Below, in pieces: positions 10,016-22,124 of a DNA stretch of 64,000 nt. The translations under genes and the position numbers were made by a program. The DNA is taken from positions 416,001-480,000 of the forward strand of contig CAVYKI010000009.1 of the NCBI GenBank assembly GCA_963769025.1. Direction: 5' to 3'. Position 1 is the first letter of the stretch. The number at the start of each line of letters is the position of its first letter. A model generated the notes under the pieces. The model did not search any database and was not told the DNA's origin. It saw only the letters and a list, made by a program, of their open reading frames with translations. This DNA comes from an uncultured Verrucomicrobiae bacterium. GTDB taxonomy: Bacteria > Verrucomicrobiota > Verrucomicrobiia > Chthoniobacterales > Chthoniobacteraceae.

Positions 10016-11114
10016 TCAGCGCGGCCTCAGCGACGGAATCGATCCAGGCATAGGCCTGCTCGCGGATTTCCGGCGGGAAATCGTGTGCGCAGTCGGGATG
10101 AAGAACGCGGAGATTTTCCGCGGCACCGTGCAGCCTGAAGACGGGCAGGGCGGCTTTGACGATGTTGTCCACGCTCTGCCATTTGAAGTTCGAGTCGCCG
10201 AGCGGCGCGCTGATGAGCACGCGGCGCGGGGCGAGCGCGCCGATGAGTTCGTGGAAGTCGAACGGGATGTCCGCGAGGCGGCCTTTGTAATTCGCGAGCC
10301 TCGGCATGTAGCGGTCCTGGCACCAGCCCTTGCCATGCTCCCAGAGCTCCGGCTTTCCGCCGTAGTAGTCGAGGTAGGAATCCAGCCCGCAGCTCGATAC
10401 GACGACCTTGATGCGCGGGTCGAAGACCGCGGTGTACACCGAGTTGTGCCCGCCGAGCGAATGGCCGATCGCGCCGTACGAGCCGGCCTGCACGAATGGC
10501 AGCGAGTCGAGCAGATCGAGGCCGCGGATGTTGTCCCAGATCGCCTTCATCGTGCCGCTCGCGTAGCCGAGCGCCTTCAGGTCCGGCTGGTAATCGGCGA
10601 GCTGCGGATAGGCGGGCGCCAGCGTGACGTAACCGCGGCGCGTCAGTTCCAGCGCGTAGGCGCGGTTCGTCGCGTGACCTTCTTCGACGACGACGCGGTT
10701 GCCGACGACGTTGTTGGTCCCATGCAGGCAAAGCACGGCGGCGAGCTTCGTTTTCCCGTCGAGCGCGGACTTTGGGATCAAAAGGAACGCCTTGGCGCGA
10801 CCGCCGGGCTCGCTGGCGTAGGTGATTTTCCGGCGGACGTGGTCGCCGGCGTCGATTTCCTCCTCGATCTGCATGTCGAGTGCGCAGCGTTTGTCCGGGC
10901 CGGGCAGGGGACCCATGACTTCCTGCATGCCGGCCAGGATTTCCGTGCGGCGCCTCTGCCAGTCGGCAGCGGTCTGCACCTTCGAGGTTTTTCCATCCGG
11001 CGTGTGAAATGTGAGGAGATCGTTCCGATCCAGACGGGGCGGATTGGCAGAGTCAGCGGCCGGGACGCTGTGGAATGCGGCGCACAGGAGCAGGAGGGGG
11101 AGTCTTGAGGGCAT
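10016..11114 (-). CDS. Secreted alpha/beta hydrolase (dienelactone hydrolase / acetylxylan esterase-like); probable indel near 10030
   Basis: Nucleophile elbow GHSLGG, VLCLHGT, HDFPP. Removing one base gives the ending WIDSVLRPR* at 10016 and avoids overlap with the convergent gene. Confidence 0.85.
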
Positions 11115-11128
11115 TGCGGTTTGCGGGT

Positions 11129-12514
11129 TTACTTTGCCGCGTGCTGGAACTGCGCGGGAAGGATTTCGCCGACTGCGCCGATGATGAGCTCCTCGACCTG
11201 CGGCGCGAGCCTCGTCGGGCGGTCGTAGTAAAGCATCGCGCCGGCGGCCTCGTAGCCGCCCTCCGCCCAGACCCGGCGCGAGGGGATATAGCATGGCACG
11301 TCATTCGAGTAAGCATTCACCCACAGCTTCTTGCCTAGGAAATCACGCTTGATGCGCAGGCTGTAATCCACGACGACTTCGCCGGGGAGGAACACCATCG
11401 CGAGGTCATTTCCAAAGCTCCATGTCTGCACGGAATAGGGAAGTTCGGTCATGAGCTTCTCGCCGCGGTCCAGCCGTTCGAGCTGCTTCTTTGCGTGGTA
11501 GGCATTGCTGCCCCTGGCCTCGACGCGCTTCTCGAATTCCTCCCTCGTCGGCAGCGTGTCGAATGGCAGCGGGAAGCGCTTCATCCGGCAGTCGAGCGTT
11601 GTCGGCGCGAGCGGCTGCATCTTGCCTTTCACAACGCGCTCCGTCTCCGTGGCGAGCGCGGTGCCGTGCTGGTTCGCGAGTTCGTAAGTGCCGCGCGGAT
11701 TCGGGTTTTGATCGCCTCCGCAGCCGATCGCCGTGAGCGCGATGGCATCGGGGAATGCCTTCTCGATTGCCTCCTGCGCGCAGCCGGCCCAGTCGCCGTG
11801 GATGCGATTGAATCCCGTCGTCGTGCAGTGGCACGCGTAGCCCGTGAGGACTGCGATGATTTTCCCATCGGCAGACGTCACGCGCAGCACCGGGAGCGCG
11901 TGGTCGGTGGGCCCCTCGGGGTTGGGCTTGTTCGCGTAGCCCGTCGGAGTCGGGAAGCGCCGGTTCATCGCAAAGCCGACCTCGCCATTCGCCCACGCAA
12001 CGTCGCACGGCCTGGCGGATGCGATGGCGGCGAGCGCGACCTGTTCGAGTTTGTCGGTCGTTTCCTTCGTGTAGCGCATGATGCGCGCGGCGTGATCCTC
12101 CGGGATGTCCGCCCCGAAAAGCGTCGAGAGCACGCCGCCGATCATCGGTGCGGAATGTGTGTGGCTCGAGCACAGCGCGACGCGCTCATCCGGCACGCCG
12201 GCTTTCGCCTTCAGGCGCCGCGCGACTTCATCGCGGACGTGGCCGGGCACTCCGCAATTGTCCACCGTCAGGATCACCGCCATCGGCCCGTCGCCCGCAC
12301 GCAGCGCGAGCGCCTTTGCAAAGATGCGCTGCTCGATTCCCTCAAACTCCGTCTTGCGCCCGCCGTAGCCGCTGAGCCGCACGGGGTAGTCGGGAGTGAT
12401 GTCCACCTTCGCCGCCCCGCCGGTCCAGCCCGGCTCTGCGGCGTGAAGCGGGACTTGTGCAACGGCGAGAAACAGGAGCGCGGTGAGGACGATTCGGGGA
12501 ACGGTGGTGATCAT
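11129..12514 (-). CDS. Neutral/alkaline ceramidase N-terminal-domain family hydrolase
   Basis: Motifs AKVDITP..LSGY, SHTHSAP, YACHCT, GCGGDQNP, LPGEVVVDY, GGYE. Confidence 0.85.
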   Translation of the reverse strand: MITTVPRIVLTALLFLAVAQVPLHAAEPGWTGGAAKVDITPDYPVRLSGYGGRKTEFEGIEQRIFAKALALRAGDGPMAVILTVDNCGVPGHVRDEVARRLKAKAGVPDERVALCSSHTHSAPMIGGVLSTLFGADIPEDHAARIMRYTKETTDKLEQVALAAIASARPCDVAWANGEVGFAMNRRFPTPTGYANKPNPEGPTDHALPVLRVTSADGKIIAVLTGYACHCTTTGFNRIHGDWAGCAQEAIEKAFPDAIALTAIGCGGDQNPNPRGTYELANQHGTALATETERVVKGKMQPLAPTTLDCRMKRFPLPFDTLPTREEFEKRVEARGSNAYHAKKQLERLDRGEKLMTELPYSVQTWSFGNDLAMVFLPGEVVVDYSLRIKRDFLGKKLWVNAYSNDVPCYIPSRRVWAEGGYEAAGAMLYYDRPTRLAPQVEELIIGAVGEILPAQFQHAAK

Positions 12515-12613
12515 GGGGGGCGCGACGGCGTCGCAAAGAATGAGAACCGGAGCTCCGCCCAAATGTTGGCCGATTCCTCGCGCAGCCGCGCGCCGCACCG
12601 GCGCGGGTGCCCG

Positions 12614-13318
12614 CTATTTCGCCGTGCGCGGCGGCAGATAGACCCGGCGCCGCTCGATCCTCGCTCCACGGGCGAGGAAAAACGCGCGCACATCGTCTTC
12701 CATGTGCCGGCCGTCGGGCAGGACATTCAGGTCGAACTGCAGTCGACCGCTCGGCGTGAGCCGCGACTCCGCGTCCTTCACGAAATAGTCCCACTCCGGG
12801 ACGCCCCAGTGCGAGCCGTCGTCGCGGCGGTTGAAGCACGTCATGTGCGCCGTGATGAGATCGAACGGCGCGCCCAGATCCGGGAGCGGCTGAAACGCGT
12901 GGATGGAGTGGATGGTCCGCGGGATTCCGAGCAGTGCGAGCATTCCGCGGAAGACAGGCTCCACGTCGAGATCGAGCCCGAGCACGTCGTGGCCGAGGCA
13001 TTTTGCGACGTGCAGAAAATATCCGGTGCCGCAGCCGACATCGAGGATGCGCAGCCGCGGCGGCGCCTTGCGGATTCGCAGGTCGCGGACGCGCTTCACG
13101 CTCGTGAGCATCCATTCCTCGACGTTGAGATATTTCGCCGGCAGCACGCGCTCGCCGGGCGTGTAATATTTTGCCCGCAGCTTTTCGACGCCGTCGCGGT
13201 CGATCGGCTCCATGAACTGCCGCCAGTCGAGCGGATACGCCATCCGGCGCACTCCCGCGGCGAGGCTGTGCCATCCATCGGAGCCAAAAACTTTCCTGAT
13301 TTTTTCTGCGAACGTCAT
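12614..13318 (-). CDS. Class I SAM-dependent methyltransferase
   Basis: Motif I ILDVGCGTG, VLGLDL, FDLITA. Confidence 0.88.
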   Translation of the reverse strand: MTFAEKIRKVFGSDGWHSLAAGVRRMAYPLDWRQFMEPIDRDGVEKLRAKYYTPGERVLPAKYLNVEEWMLTSVKRVRDLRIRKAPPRLRILDVGCGTGYFLHVAKCLGHDVLGLDLDVEPVFRGMLALLGIPRTIHSIHAFQPLPDLGAPFDLITAHMTCFNRRDDGSHWGVPEWDYFVKDAESRLTPSGRLQFDLNVLPDGRHMEDDVRAFFLARGARIERRRVYLPPRTAK

Positions 13319-13352
13319 TGGCGGGGCAGCGTTGAAGTGAGGCCTTGGGCGG

Positions 13353-13860
13353 TCAAGGCGATTTCACTGCCGCGTGTGCGACTTGCGCCGGTTTTTCCTC
13401 GCGGCGCTTGAAGTTGAGCTTGCCGCCAAAGTTCCCGCTTTCCCGCCAGCCGAGGTAGAAGCGGCAGTGCTTTCCCGAAAATGAAACGAAGGGCAGCGGC
13501 AGGATGCGATGTCGGGTCCAGGCCCAGTTCCATCCGCCGTCGGGCGCGAAGACTTCCGAGGGGATATCTGCCGGTGCGCGTCGTGGGCTTGTCGGTCACG
13601 CCGATGACGTAGTGGGTGAAATTGTGCAGCGGATTCCGCAGCTGCCAGGCGGTCCTCCGGCTCGGCGAACCGGGCCGGTACCACGCAGGCGGCTCAGGAT
13701 CGTCGGCATTGCCAAAGCTCCAGAGCGGATTCCACTTTTGCACCGTGCGGATGGGCGGCGAATGGACCTTGCCCGGTCGCGTGACGGTCGTGGGGCGCGC
13801 ACAGCCGGCGACGAGGGCGAGAAGGACGGACAGGCACGTGAGGCGCAGGCGTGAAGGCAT
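13353..13860 (-). CDS. Hypothetical lipoprotein, frameshift near 13560
   Basis: Lipobox LVAGC; W/N-rich body LRNPLHNFTHYVIG. The shifted frame continues EVFAPDGGWNW...FYLGWRESGNFGGKLN to a stop at 13353. Confidence 0.65.
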
Positions 13861-13939
13861 GGGGTTCGTGCACAGTGCCACGGAACATGCGCTGGCAAAG
13901 GCTGAAGGGGCGGTCGGCGCGGCGCGGCGCAGCGCGTGG

Positions 13940-15160
13940 CTATCGCGGACGGGGCGGAGCGCCGGGCGGAAGTTCGCCGCCGCGGTACTCGTCGGGCGTG
14001 AGCTTGCCGTCGCCATTCCTGTCGAGCTTCCGCAGCGCGGCTGGAGCGTTTGCAATTTCTTCTGAGTCGATGACGCCGTCGCCGTTCATGTCGAGCGCGC
14101 GGATGATCGGTGGCGGCGGCGGAAACCCGCCGGGCATCATGCCTGCGCCGCCCGGGCCTGCCGGAGCACCGCCAGGACCCTGAGGACGCCGCCCGCCAGC
14201 CTGACCGCGAGGCCCGCCGGGACCGGGGCCGCCTTTGCCAAAGCTCTCGTCGGGCGTCCCGTGCCATGCGCGCGGCAGGAACGGGAACGTCGTGGTGATG
14301 TGATAATGGTAGATGCCCTCGGGATGGTCGGGCGTCGCAGCCGTGTGGCCGTTGCACTCGTCGAGGTCGCCGCTGTCCTTCACAAATTCCCAATCCTGCG
14401 TGAAGCGTCCGTCGTAGTTGCCGCCCGGGCCGCCGGCGTCCGCGGGCCGCGCGCCGGCCTTGAGCCGGTAGCTGGATTTCATCGGGCGGATTGCGCTCTT
14501 CGCGTCCTTCGCATCGCCGTGGCAGTTCGCCGTGAAAACCGGGAAGCCGTCCGCGGCCCACGCGATGAGGAGCATCTTCCCTTCGTCACCGCCGAGCTTC
14601 TGCACGAGGCCGGTGGGCATCGCGTGGTAATGGTAGGCGCCGGTCGGCTGCACGTGCGCGTTGTGTTCGTCGAGGCCGAGGTCGAGGAAGCCCGTGTGCG
14701 CCTCGTAGCGCCAGCCGGAGCGCGGATCGTTGTTCCAAGTCTCGGCGGTGCCGGCTTCAAACGGCACTCCATTCACCGCGACGCCGAAAAACCAGCCGCC
14801 GCGGCGCTGCGGCTCACTCGCCGCGACCGGCTTCAGCGGAACGCGGAACGTGTATTCCTGCGGCGAAACCGTGTTGGGATTTCCGCGGCGTGGAAACTGG
14901 CCCGGCGCGTGGTCGGGCCAGCCGTTGGATTTGATGACGCGAAAGTCACCCTCGATCGTGACGCTGACGACGTTCTCGCGCTTCGCGGTCGCGCCGTTCG
15001 GATCGGGCCGGTTCGAGCGGATGCCCGCGCCGCCGAATGGCGGACGATTGCCGCCCGGGCCGTCCGGCGCCTGTGCGAGGAGAAGCGGAACTGTGGAGAG
15101 GGTGGCGAGGCCGATTGAGCAGAGAAGCGCGGCGCGGCGGGTGGTCGGGTGATGAGGCAT
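13940..15160 (-). CDS. YHYH protein with a C-terminal EF-hand pair
   Basis: [34 protein letters not shown]-hands [12 protein letters not shown] and [12 protein letters not shown]. Confidence 0.9.
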   Translation of the reverse strand: MPHHPTTRRAALLCSIGLATLSTVPLLLAQAPDGPGGNRPPFGGAGIRSNRPDPNGATAKRENVVSVTIEGDFRVIKSNGWPDHAPGQFPRRGNPNTVSPQEYTFRVPLKPVAASEPQRRGGWFFGVAVNGVPFEAGTAETWNNDPRSGWRYEAHTGFLDLGLDEHNAHVQPTGAYHYHAMPTGLVQKLGGDEGKMLLIAWAADGFPVFTANCHGDAKDAKSAIRPMKSSYRLKAGARPADAGGPGGNYDGRFTQDWEFVKDSGDLDECNGHTAATPDHPEGIYHYHITTTFPFLPRAWHGTPDESFGKGGPGPGGPRGQAGGRRPQGPGGAPAGPGGAGMMPGGFPPPPPIIRALDMNGDGVIDSEEIANAPAALRKLDRNGDGKLTPDEYRGGELPPGAPPRPR

Positions 15161-15261
15161 GGGAATCGGCTTGTGGAAATGGTTAACCCGCGGCCGAGGC
15201 GGACGGCACGGGGATTTACGCTTCGCTGACAATTTTCCGAACTCGCGCCGCTACGGAGATC

Positions 15262-16461
15262 TCAGCGGTCGCCGAAGAGCTGGGTCTCGGTCTGGTCGTC
15301 GCCTTTCCTCATCTCGCGGGGGTCGCGGCTGATGACGAAGCGTTCGAGCATCTCGTCCACGACGATGTCGGGCTTCTCGGATTCGATGATGCCCCTGTCC
15401 CAATTCTGCTGCCACACATAGACCACGCGGCCAAAGCTGTAGCCGAAAAATTTGCTGAGCGCGATGGCGAAGGAATCGCGGAACATGACCGCCTTCCCCT
15501 TCGCGGCGGGATTCTCCGAGACGAGGGGCTCGGTGCCCGGGATCCACTGCTTCGCGATGAGGTTCGTTTCCTTGTGCACCGCGAGCGGCGCGAGTGGCGG
15601 TCGCGGTTCGAGCACCGGCGTGTGCTTTTCCGGCAGGTAGGCCTCCTGGCCCAGCATCCGCGCGAGGTCTCCGCCCGGCTGATCAAAAGCTGTCTCGGCA
15701 AAGGCATCCTCATCCGGCGCGGTGGCCGGGACACCGAGCGAGGCGATCTCGCTCACGACGCGGCGGTACGCGGCGAAAGCGCCGCGCTCGTTCCAGTGCG
15801 TGTCCGTTTTCAGGTAAACCTGCGCGCTCTTCTTCGCATCGAACAGCGTTTCGCGAAGGTCGAGGATCGGCACGTCGCTCTTTTCGCGCATATAGGCGAG
15901 CAGCTGATCGATGCGCCGCGGCGAGCGTGCCCGGGCGATGAGCCAGTCGGGCAGATGCTCGGCGTAGATGCTCTGCTTGTCCGGCGGGATGACGAAGAGA
16001 TAGCGGATGCCACGCTCGCGCAGCCAGTCGCGCCGCCCCGTCAGCAGGAGGCGCCATTCTTCGAGGTCTGCATCGCTGAAGGGGCGCGAGCCGGTGATGT
16101 CGTCCACGGTCCGGCCGTCGGAGTAGAACAGCCAGCCGTCCTTCCCGACGAGCGTGTTCGCGATGCGCGAATCACGAAACAGCGTCCATTTCAGCCGCTG
16201 CTCCCAGCGCACGAGCTGGCGGCGGAATCCAAAATGGTCGGCGAACCAAGCTTCGGTGCCCGCGAAAAATTCACCGGTACCCTTGAGCGTCGGATGGAAC
16301 GTCGGGAATGTGGCGGGCGGGCGGTTTTCGTTCGGCGATGCGGCCCGGTCGAGGTGCAGGAAGCTGTCGGCCGTCGGAAGCCACAGGAACACAAAGAACG
16401 CGGCGATGAGCGCGATGTCCGCGCGGCGCTTCAGGATTTCACGGCTGGGAAAGAGCGTCAT
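15262..16461 (-). CDS. AlgJ/AlgX-like periplasmic O-acetyltransferase (DHHW-type)
   Basis: N-terminal [29 protein letters not shown]. Confidence 0.88.
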   Translation of the reverse strand: MTLFPSREILKRRADIALIAAFFVFLWLPTADSFLHLDRAASPNENRPPATFPTFHPTLKGTGEFFAGTEAWFADHFGFRRQLVRWEQRLKWTLFRDSRIANTLVGKDGWLFYSDGRTVDDITGSRPFSDADLEEWRLLLTGRRDWLRERGIRYLFVIPPDKQSIYAEHLPDWLIARARSPRRIDQLLAYMREKSDVPILDLRETLFDAKKSAQVYLKTDTHWNERGAFAAYRRVVSEIASLGVPATAPDEDAFAETAFDQPGGDLARMLGQEAYLPEKHTPVLEPRPPLAPLAVHKETNLIAKQWIPGTEPLVSENPAAKGKAVMFRDSFAIALSKFFGYSFGRVVYVWQQNWDRGIIESEKPDIVVDEMLERFVISRDPREMRKGDDQTETQLFGDR

Positions 16462-16465
16462 GGCG

Positions 16466-17922
16466 TCAGAACCGGAAATAGATGAAGGGATTGTAGGTGC
16501 CGCCGGCGAGCCACGCGGAGCAGACCAGCAGCAGTGCGATGACCATGACGCACTCGAAGGTCAGGCCCACGGAAGTCAACGCAGAGCCGGCGCGGTGCGG
16601 CATGCGCTCGGCAGGCCCGCGCGAGTTGCGCCTTCAGCCACGTCCACGCGGGCATCGCAAAAATCGCCCCGGCGACGAGCGCGAAGATCGACTGGTTGCT
16701 GGCGTAGCGATGGAGCGATTGCGTGACTTCGCCCGGCGTCGCGAGGCCAAGCATGTTCGCGAAAAACGCCAGCGCCTGCGGGAACGACGTCGCGCGGAAC
16801 AGCACCCAGCCGGCCATCACCGCGGCGAGCGCGTAGGCGTGGCGGAAAACGCGCGGCGTGCGTTCCATCCATGCACCGAAGCGAGTCCGCTCCAGCACGA
16901 GGAAGAGGCCGTGGTAGAGACCCCACGCGACAAACGTCCAACTCGCCCCGTGCCACAGCCCGCAGAGGAAAAACACGATGACGAGGTTGAAGTAGTTCCG
17001 CGGTCTCCGAGCAGCGGTTGCCGCCGAGCGGGATGTAGAGGTAGTCGCGGAACCACGTCGAAAGCGAGATGTGCCAGCGCCGCCAGAATTCCTTCACCGA
17101 TTGCGAGATGTAGGGGCTGTCGAAATTCTCGATGAACTTGAATCCAAACATCTTCCCGAGCCCGACCGCCATGTCCGAGTAGCCGGAGAAATCGAAGTAG
17201 ATCTGCACCGTGTAGCAAAGCGTGCCGAACCACGCGAGCGCGGGAGTCAGCTCGCCCGTCGGGAGCGCGAAGATCTGATCCGCCGGCAGCGCGACGGCAT
17301 TGGCGATGATCACCTTTTTTGCGAGTCCGCCGACGAAACGCCGGATGCCTTCCGCGAACTTTTCGCGCGTGACCACCCGCTGCACGAGCTGCGGAGCGAT
17401 GGCGCTCCAGCGCAGGATCGGCCCGGCGATGAGCTGGGGAAAAAAGAAGATGTAGAGCGCCGTGTCCGCGGGATTCCGCGCCGCGACGGATTTGCGACGG
17501 TAGATGTCCACGACGTACGACAGCGCGTGGAAGGTGAAGAACGAGATGCCGATCGGCAGCCGGATTTCGCCGATCTGAATTTCCGGGAGATGGAAGGCGG
17601 AAAGCACGGCGTTCGCATTCCCGACGGCAAAGTTGGCGTATTTGAAGAAGGCGAGCAGCCCGACGTTGAGCACGATGGCGACCGTCACTGCGGATTTTCT
17701 CCGCGCCGGATCCTGTTCGCGATCCACGCGCAGGCCGAGGAACCAGTTCACCAGCGTCGAGCCGAGCAGCAGGAAGATGAAGCCGACCTCGCCCCACGCG
17801 TAGAAGAGGAGGCTGACGACGAGGAGCAGTGCATTGCGCGCACGAAGTCCGGGCAGCAGCGCGTAAAGCGTCAGCACGACCGGCAGGAACAGGAATAGGA
17901 AAAGCGTGGAACTAAAGACCAT
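16466..17922 (-). CDS. AlgI/DltB-type MBOAT O-acyltransferase; frameshifts near 17000 and 16600
   Basis: [65 protein letters not shown]-terminal YNPFIYFRF. Confidence 0.92.
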
Positions 17923-18034
17923 CAGGACTCAGGCGCGCATTCGTATCCGACACGTCCCGCCTTGCCAGCAAATGCTCACTCCGCCGCCAAATTGTGCTTC
18001 TTTCCCGTGCATCGCGAAACCTACGCTCGCCGCC

Positions 18035-18985
18035 ATGAGCCAGTCTGTGATCGATCCCATCGCCATGCTGCGTCCCCGCCGACGCATCGAGGGCTTTTCC
18101 GCCATCCTGCTGCCGTTCCTCGCGAATGGCGACGTGGACTGGGCGGGTTTCACTGCGCACACGCGCCGCACCGTGGAGGCGGGCCTCGGCCCGGCGGTGA
18201 ACATGGATACCGGATTCGGCAACCTCATCGACGACGCGACGAAGCGCCGCGCGCTCGAAATCACGCAGGCCGAATGCGGCGGGCGCAGCTATGTCGCGGG
18301 CGCGTTCGTCGGCGACCAGCCGGGGGCGGCATTCGACTTCGAGACCTACGCTCGGCAGATGGAGATGATCCAGCGGCACGGAGGCACGCCGGTCATTTTC
18401 CAAAGCTACGGCCTCACGCAGCAGGGCGACGACGGGATCGTCGCCGCGTATGCAAAGCTCGGCACCGTCTCGGAGCGGTTTGTCGGCTTTGAACTCGGCA
18501 CGATGTTCGCGCCGTTCGGGAAGATTTACTCGCTCGACGTCTATCGCGGGCTGATGGGCGTGAAGCAGTGCATCGGCGCGAAGCACTCCTCGCTGCAGCG
18601 CGAACTGGAATGGCAGCGCATCCAGCTCCGCGACGCGACGCGGCCGGATTTCCGCGTCTATACGGGCAACGATCTCGCCATCGACATGGTGATGTATGGC
18701 AGCGACTACCTGCTCGGGCTTTCGACTTTTGCGCCGGACGTTTTCGCGAAGCGCGACGCCGCGTGGGCGGCGGGCGACCCGGCGTTTTATGAACTCAACG
18801 ACCTGCTGCAATACCTCGGCTTTCTCGCCTTCCGACCGCCGGTGCCGGCCTACAAGCACAGCGCCGCGATGTTCCTAAGGTTGCGCGGCTGGATCGGCTG
18901 TGATGACACGCATCCGAAATCGGCGAAACGGCCCGATTCCGACCGCGAGATTCTCGCCGACATCGTGAAACGGCTGCCGCGATAG
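18035..18985 (+). CDS. Dihydrodipicolinate synthase-like class I aldolase family protein
   Basis: AILLPF...VDW, AVNMDTG, Schiff-base Lys in IGAKHSS, YTGND. Confidence 0.82.
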   Translation: MSQSVIDPIAMLRPRRRIEGFSAILLPFLANGDVDWAGFTAHTRRTVEAGLGPAVNMDTGFGNLIDDATKRRALEITQAECGGRSYVAGAFVGDQPGAAFDFETYARQMEMIQRHGGTPVIFQSYGLTQQGDDGIVAAYAKLGTVSERFVGFELGTMFAPFGKIYSLDVYRGLMGVKQCIGAKHSSLQRELEWQRIQLRDATRPDFRVYTGNDLAIDMVMYGSDYLLGLSTFAPDVFAKRDAAWAAGDPAFYELNDLLQYLGFLAFRPPVPAYKHSAAMFLRLRGWIGCDDTHPKSAKRPDSDREILADIVKRLPR

Positions 18986-19000
18986 CGCTCCTCTCATTCC

Positions 19001-20252
19001 ATGAAAATCATCCCCTCAGTTCTCCTCGCAGTCGTCCTGTCCGCGCTCCGCGTCTTCACCCGCGAACGGCCAGGCAGCAGCCGATCCTCTCGCAGCGTGG
19101 CGCCAAGGCGTGACCATCAGCGCCGCCGCGCCGAAGGAGGGACGGCATACGATTCACTCGTATTTCAACACCTGCCCGGAGAGTCCCGATGGACGCCATG
19201 TGCTGTTCTATGCCTCGACGGCGAAGGACGCGCATCACGGTGAGGTCGTCATCCGCGATCGCAAGACGGGCGAGGAGAAGGTGCTCGCCACGAACATCAA
19301 CGCCGAGGACGCGCACCGCGTCGCGTGCCAGCAATGGGTCTCCGGCGGCAAGCGCGTCGTCTTTCACGGCGAGCGCGACGGCGAGTGGTTTGTCGCCTGC
19401 GTGGATCTCGACACGATGAAGGAGCGCATCCTCGCGCGCGGCCAGCTTGCGGGCTGGGGCCAGCCGGATGCGGACATCGTCCCGCTCTACAGCCCGCACT
19501 GGAGGCCGGGCGCGCACCCCGATCTCGATTTGATCAACGTGGTGACCGGCGAGAAGCAGACGCCGGTGACCGTGGAGGCGCTGAAGCAGGCCTACCCGGA
19601 TTGGTTCGAGAAAACTTTTGCGGGGCAGAAGCCGTCCATCTTTTTCCCGATCCTCAGTCCGAATCTCGAACGCGTCTTTTTCAAGATGGCTCTCGCCACT
19701 GGCGATGATCCGCGCAGCAAGAGCGCCAGCGCGCGGCAGGGGCTCATCTGCTACAGCCTCGCGGAGAAAAAATTCCTCTTCATGAGTCCGAAGTGGGGGC
19801 ACCCGTCGTGGCAGCCGGACTCCCGGCACATCACCGAGATGCACTACACGGTGATCGACAGCAACGACGGGAAGGTGACGGCAAATCCGGGCATGCCGAC
19901 GAAGGCAATCCGCGCGAAGGCTGCTGCCAGCGGGGACACTTCCATCCTCGACGCCTACATGAAGGACGTAAGCGGCGATCACCCTTCGGTGAGTCCCGAT
20001 GGCAAGCTCGTCGTCACCGACACCACGCTCGAGAAGTTTGGCGGCACCCGGACCGAATGGGGCGTGGTGCTCGCCGATGCGAAAGGCACGGGTCAGGTCA
20101 TCATCCACAAATTCGACAACTCGAAAGGCGCACGGTCGTGGCGCGTGTCGCATCCGCATCCGGTCTTCAGCGCCGACGGGAGGCGCATTTACTACAACGT
20201 GAGCGACGGCGAATTCACGCGGCTGTTTGTCGCCGAGTCCGCCGCGCGCTGA
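19001..20252 (+). CDS. Secreted TolB/oligogalacturonate lyase-like beta-propeller; frameshift near 19049
   Basis: Signal peptide; repeats ESPDG, WGHPSWQPD, HPSVSPDG, HPHPVFSADG. Confidence 0.8.
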
Positions 20253-20267
20253 CCCGCATGCACGCCA

Positions 20268-20459
20268 TCACGCCCAGCTGGCGTTGTCGGCTCCGTCTGC
20301 GGCCTGGCGGATGACTGGCTGACCAGTAGCGTCCAGTCGCGATGCGGGACGTTGGCCCATTGCCGGAGTCGTGCCGTGCTCTGCGGCTGTTTGTTTGCCG
20401 CACGATGTGAGCAGCGACAGCAGTGCGAGACAGGCGGGAAAAATTCGTGACGAGCGCAT
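20268..20459 (-). CDS. Possible small lipoprotein (63 aa)
   Basis: MRSSRIFPACLALLSLLTSC lipobox; fills the intergenic gap. Confidence 0.4.
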   Translation of the reverse strand: MRSSRIFPACLALLSLLTSCGKQTAAEHGTTPAMGQRPASRLDATGQPVIRQAADGADNASWA

Positions 20460-20484
20460 CGTTCGGAGTCCACAACTCGCAGCC

Positions 20485-22000
20485 ATGGCCGAACCGTTCA
20501 AGCTCACCCGCATCCCGTCGCTCAAAACTGTCGATGATTTTTCGCAGACACTGCGCCGCGCTCGGCATCGAGCTGCCGTGCGAGGAGAAGGTGGAATCCG
20601 GCGCGGGTTCGCCGCTCGCGCAGCCGGTGCCGAACCTGACTGTGAACGGAAAGCGCATCGGCAACCGCGTGGCCATCCACCCGATGGAAGGATGGGACGG
20701 CACGACGGGCGGCGGCCTGAGCGAGGAGATGCGGAGGCGATGGCAGCGCTTCGGCGAGAGCGGCGCGAAGCTGATCTGCGGCGCGGAGGCGATGGCGGTG
20801 CGGCCGGACGGCCGTGCGAATCCGAACCAGATCATCATCATCGAGCAAAACAAGGCGGGCCTCGCGGAGCTGATGGGCATTTTGAAAAAGGCGCACGCCG
20901 AGCGCCACGGTACGGCGGACGATCTGGTCATCGGTTTTCAGCTCACGCATTCAGGACGCTTTTGCCGGCCGAACGAGAAGACGCGCTACGAGCCGCGCGT
21001 GGCATTCCGGCATCCGGTCCTCGACCCGAAGTTCAAGGTCACGAGCGACGCGCAGGTCTTCACGGACGAGGAGATCGAGCGGCTCATCGAGGACTACATC
21101 CGTGCGGCGAAGATCGCGTGGGACGTGGGCGCGGATTTCGTGGACCTCAAGCACTGCCACGGCTACCTGCTGCACGAATTCCTCGGCGCACATACGCGTC
21201 CCGGCAAGTTCGGCGGCAGCTTCGAAAACCGCACGCGCATCCTGCGCGACATCATCGCCGGCATCCGCGCGAGCGGGAACCCGATCGAGTTTGGCGTACG
21301 GCTTAGCACGTTCGACATGGTGCCGCACCGGCCAGACCCGGCGCTCTCCGTGCCCGGCAAGCTCGGGCCCGGCATTCCGGAGGAATACGCGAACGCGCTG
21401 CCGTATCGCTACGGCTTCGGAGTGAACCAGGAGAACCCGACGCAGATCGACCTCACGGAGACGTTCCAATTTGCCAAACTGTGCGCGCAGCTCGGAGTGA
21501 AAATCCTGAATACCACCGCCGGCTCGCCTTATTACACGCCGCATCTTCAGCGACCCGCCGCCTATCCGCCGAGCGACGGCTACCAGCCGGCGTATGATCC
21601 GCTGATCGACGTGGAGCGGCAGGTGCAAGTCGTGCGGCAACTGAAGGCGCGCCTTGAGGACCTCAAACTTCAACATTCAGGACTCGAAATCCCCGTCATC
21701 GTCGCCTCCGGCCTCAGTTATCTGCAGGAATATCTCCCTCACGTTTCGCAATACCTCTTGCGGGAAGGCTGGGCGGACATGGTCGGCATCGGCCGTGCGG
21801 TGCTGAGCTATCCGACGATCCTCTCGGACGCGGCGGCGAAGGGTGAAATCGAAAAGCGCTTCATCTGCCGCACGTTCAGCGACTGCACGACGGCCCCGCG
21901 CAATGGGCTCATCAGCGGCTGCTACCCGCTCGACAAGTACTACACGGCGAAACCCGAGGCCGCGCAGTTGAAGGAAATCAAGAAGCGCACCGGCGCGTAG
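20485..22000 (+). CDS. NADH:flavin oxidoreductase (Old Yellow Enzyme family); frameshift near 20541
   Basis: NRVAIHPMEGWD, QLTHSGR, DLKHCHGYLLHEFL, GGSFENRTR. Confidence 0.9.
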
Positions 22001-22124
22001 CATCGCGGACAAAATGCGCGTGGACCCCGTGCCGAACGACGGCGCGCTGGACGACCGGACGTTGGATATCGCTGAGCGCGCGATTGCTTCGCTATGCGCA
22101 CGCGCACAGTCTGCGGGTGCACCC

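Noticed and set aside
11495..13411. 638-aa plus-strand ORF and similar long shadow ORFs (28997-30889, 43088-44974, 48120-49673, 62551-63981)
   Set aside because: All lie opposite recognisable genes and have Arg/Ala-rich, non-protein-like composition.
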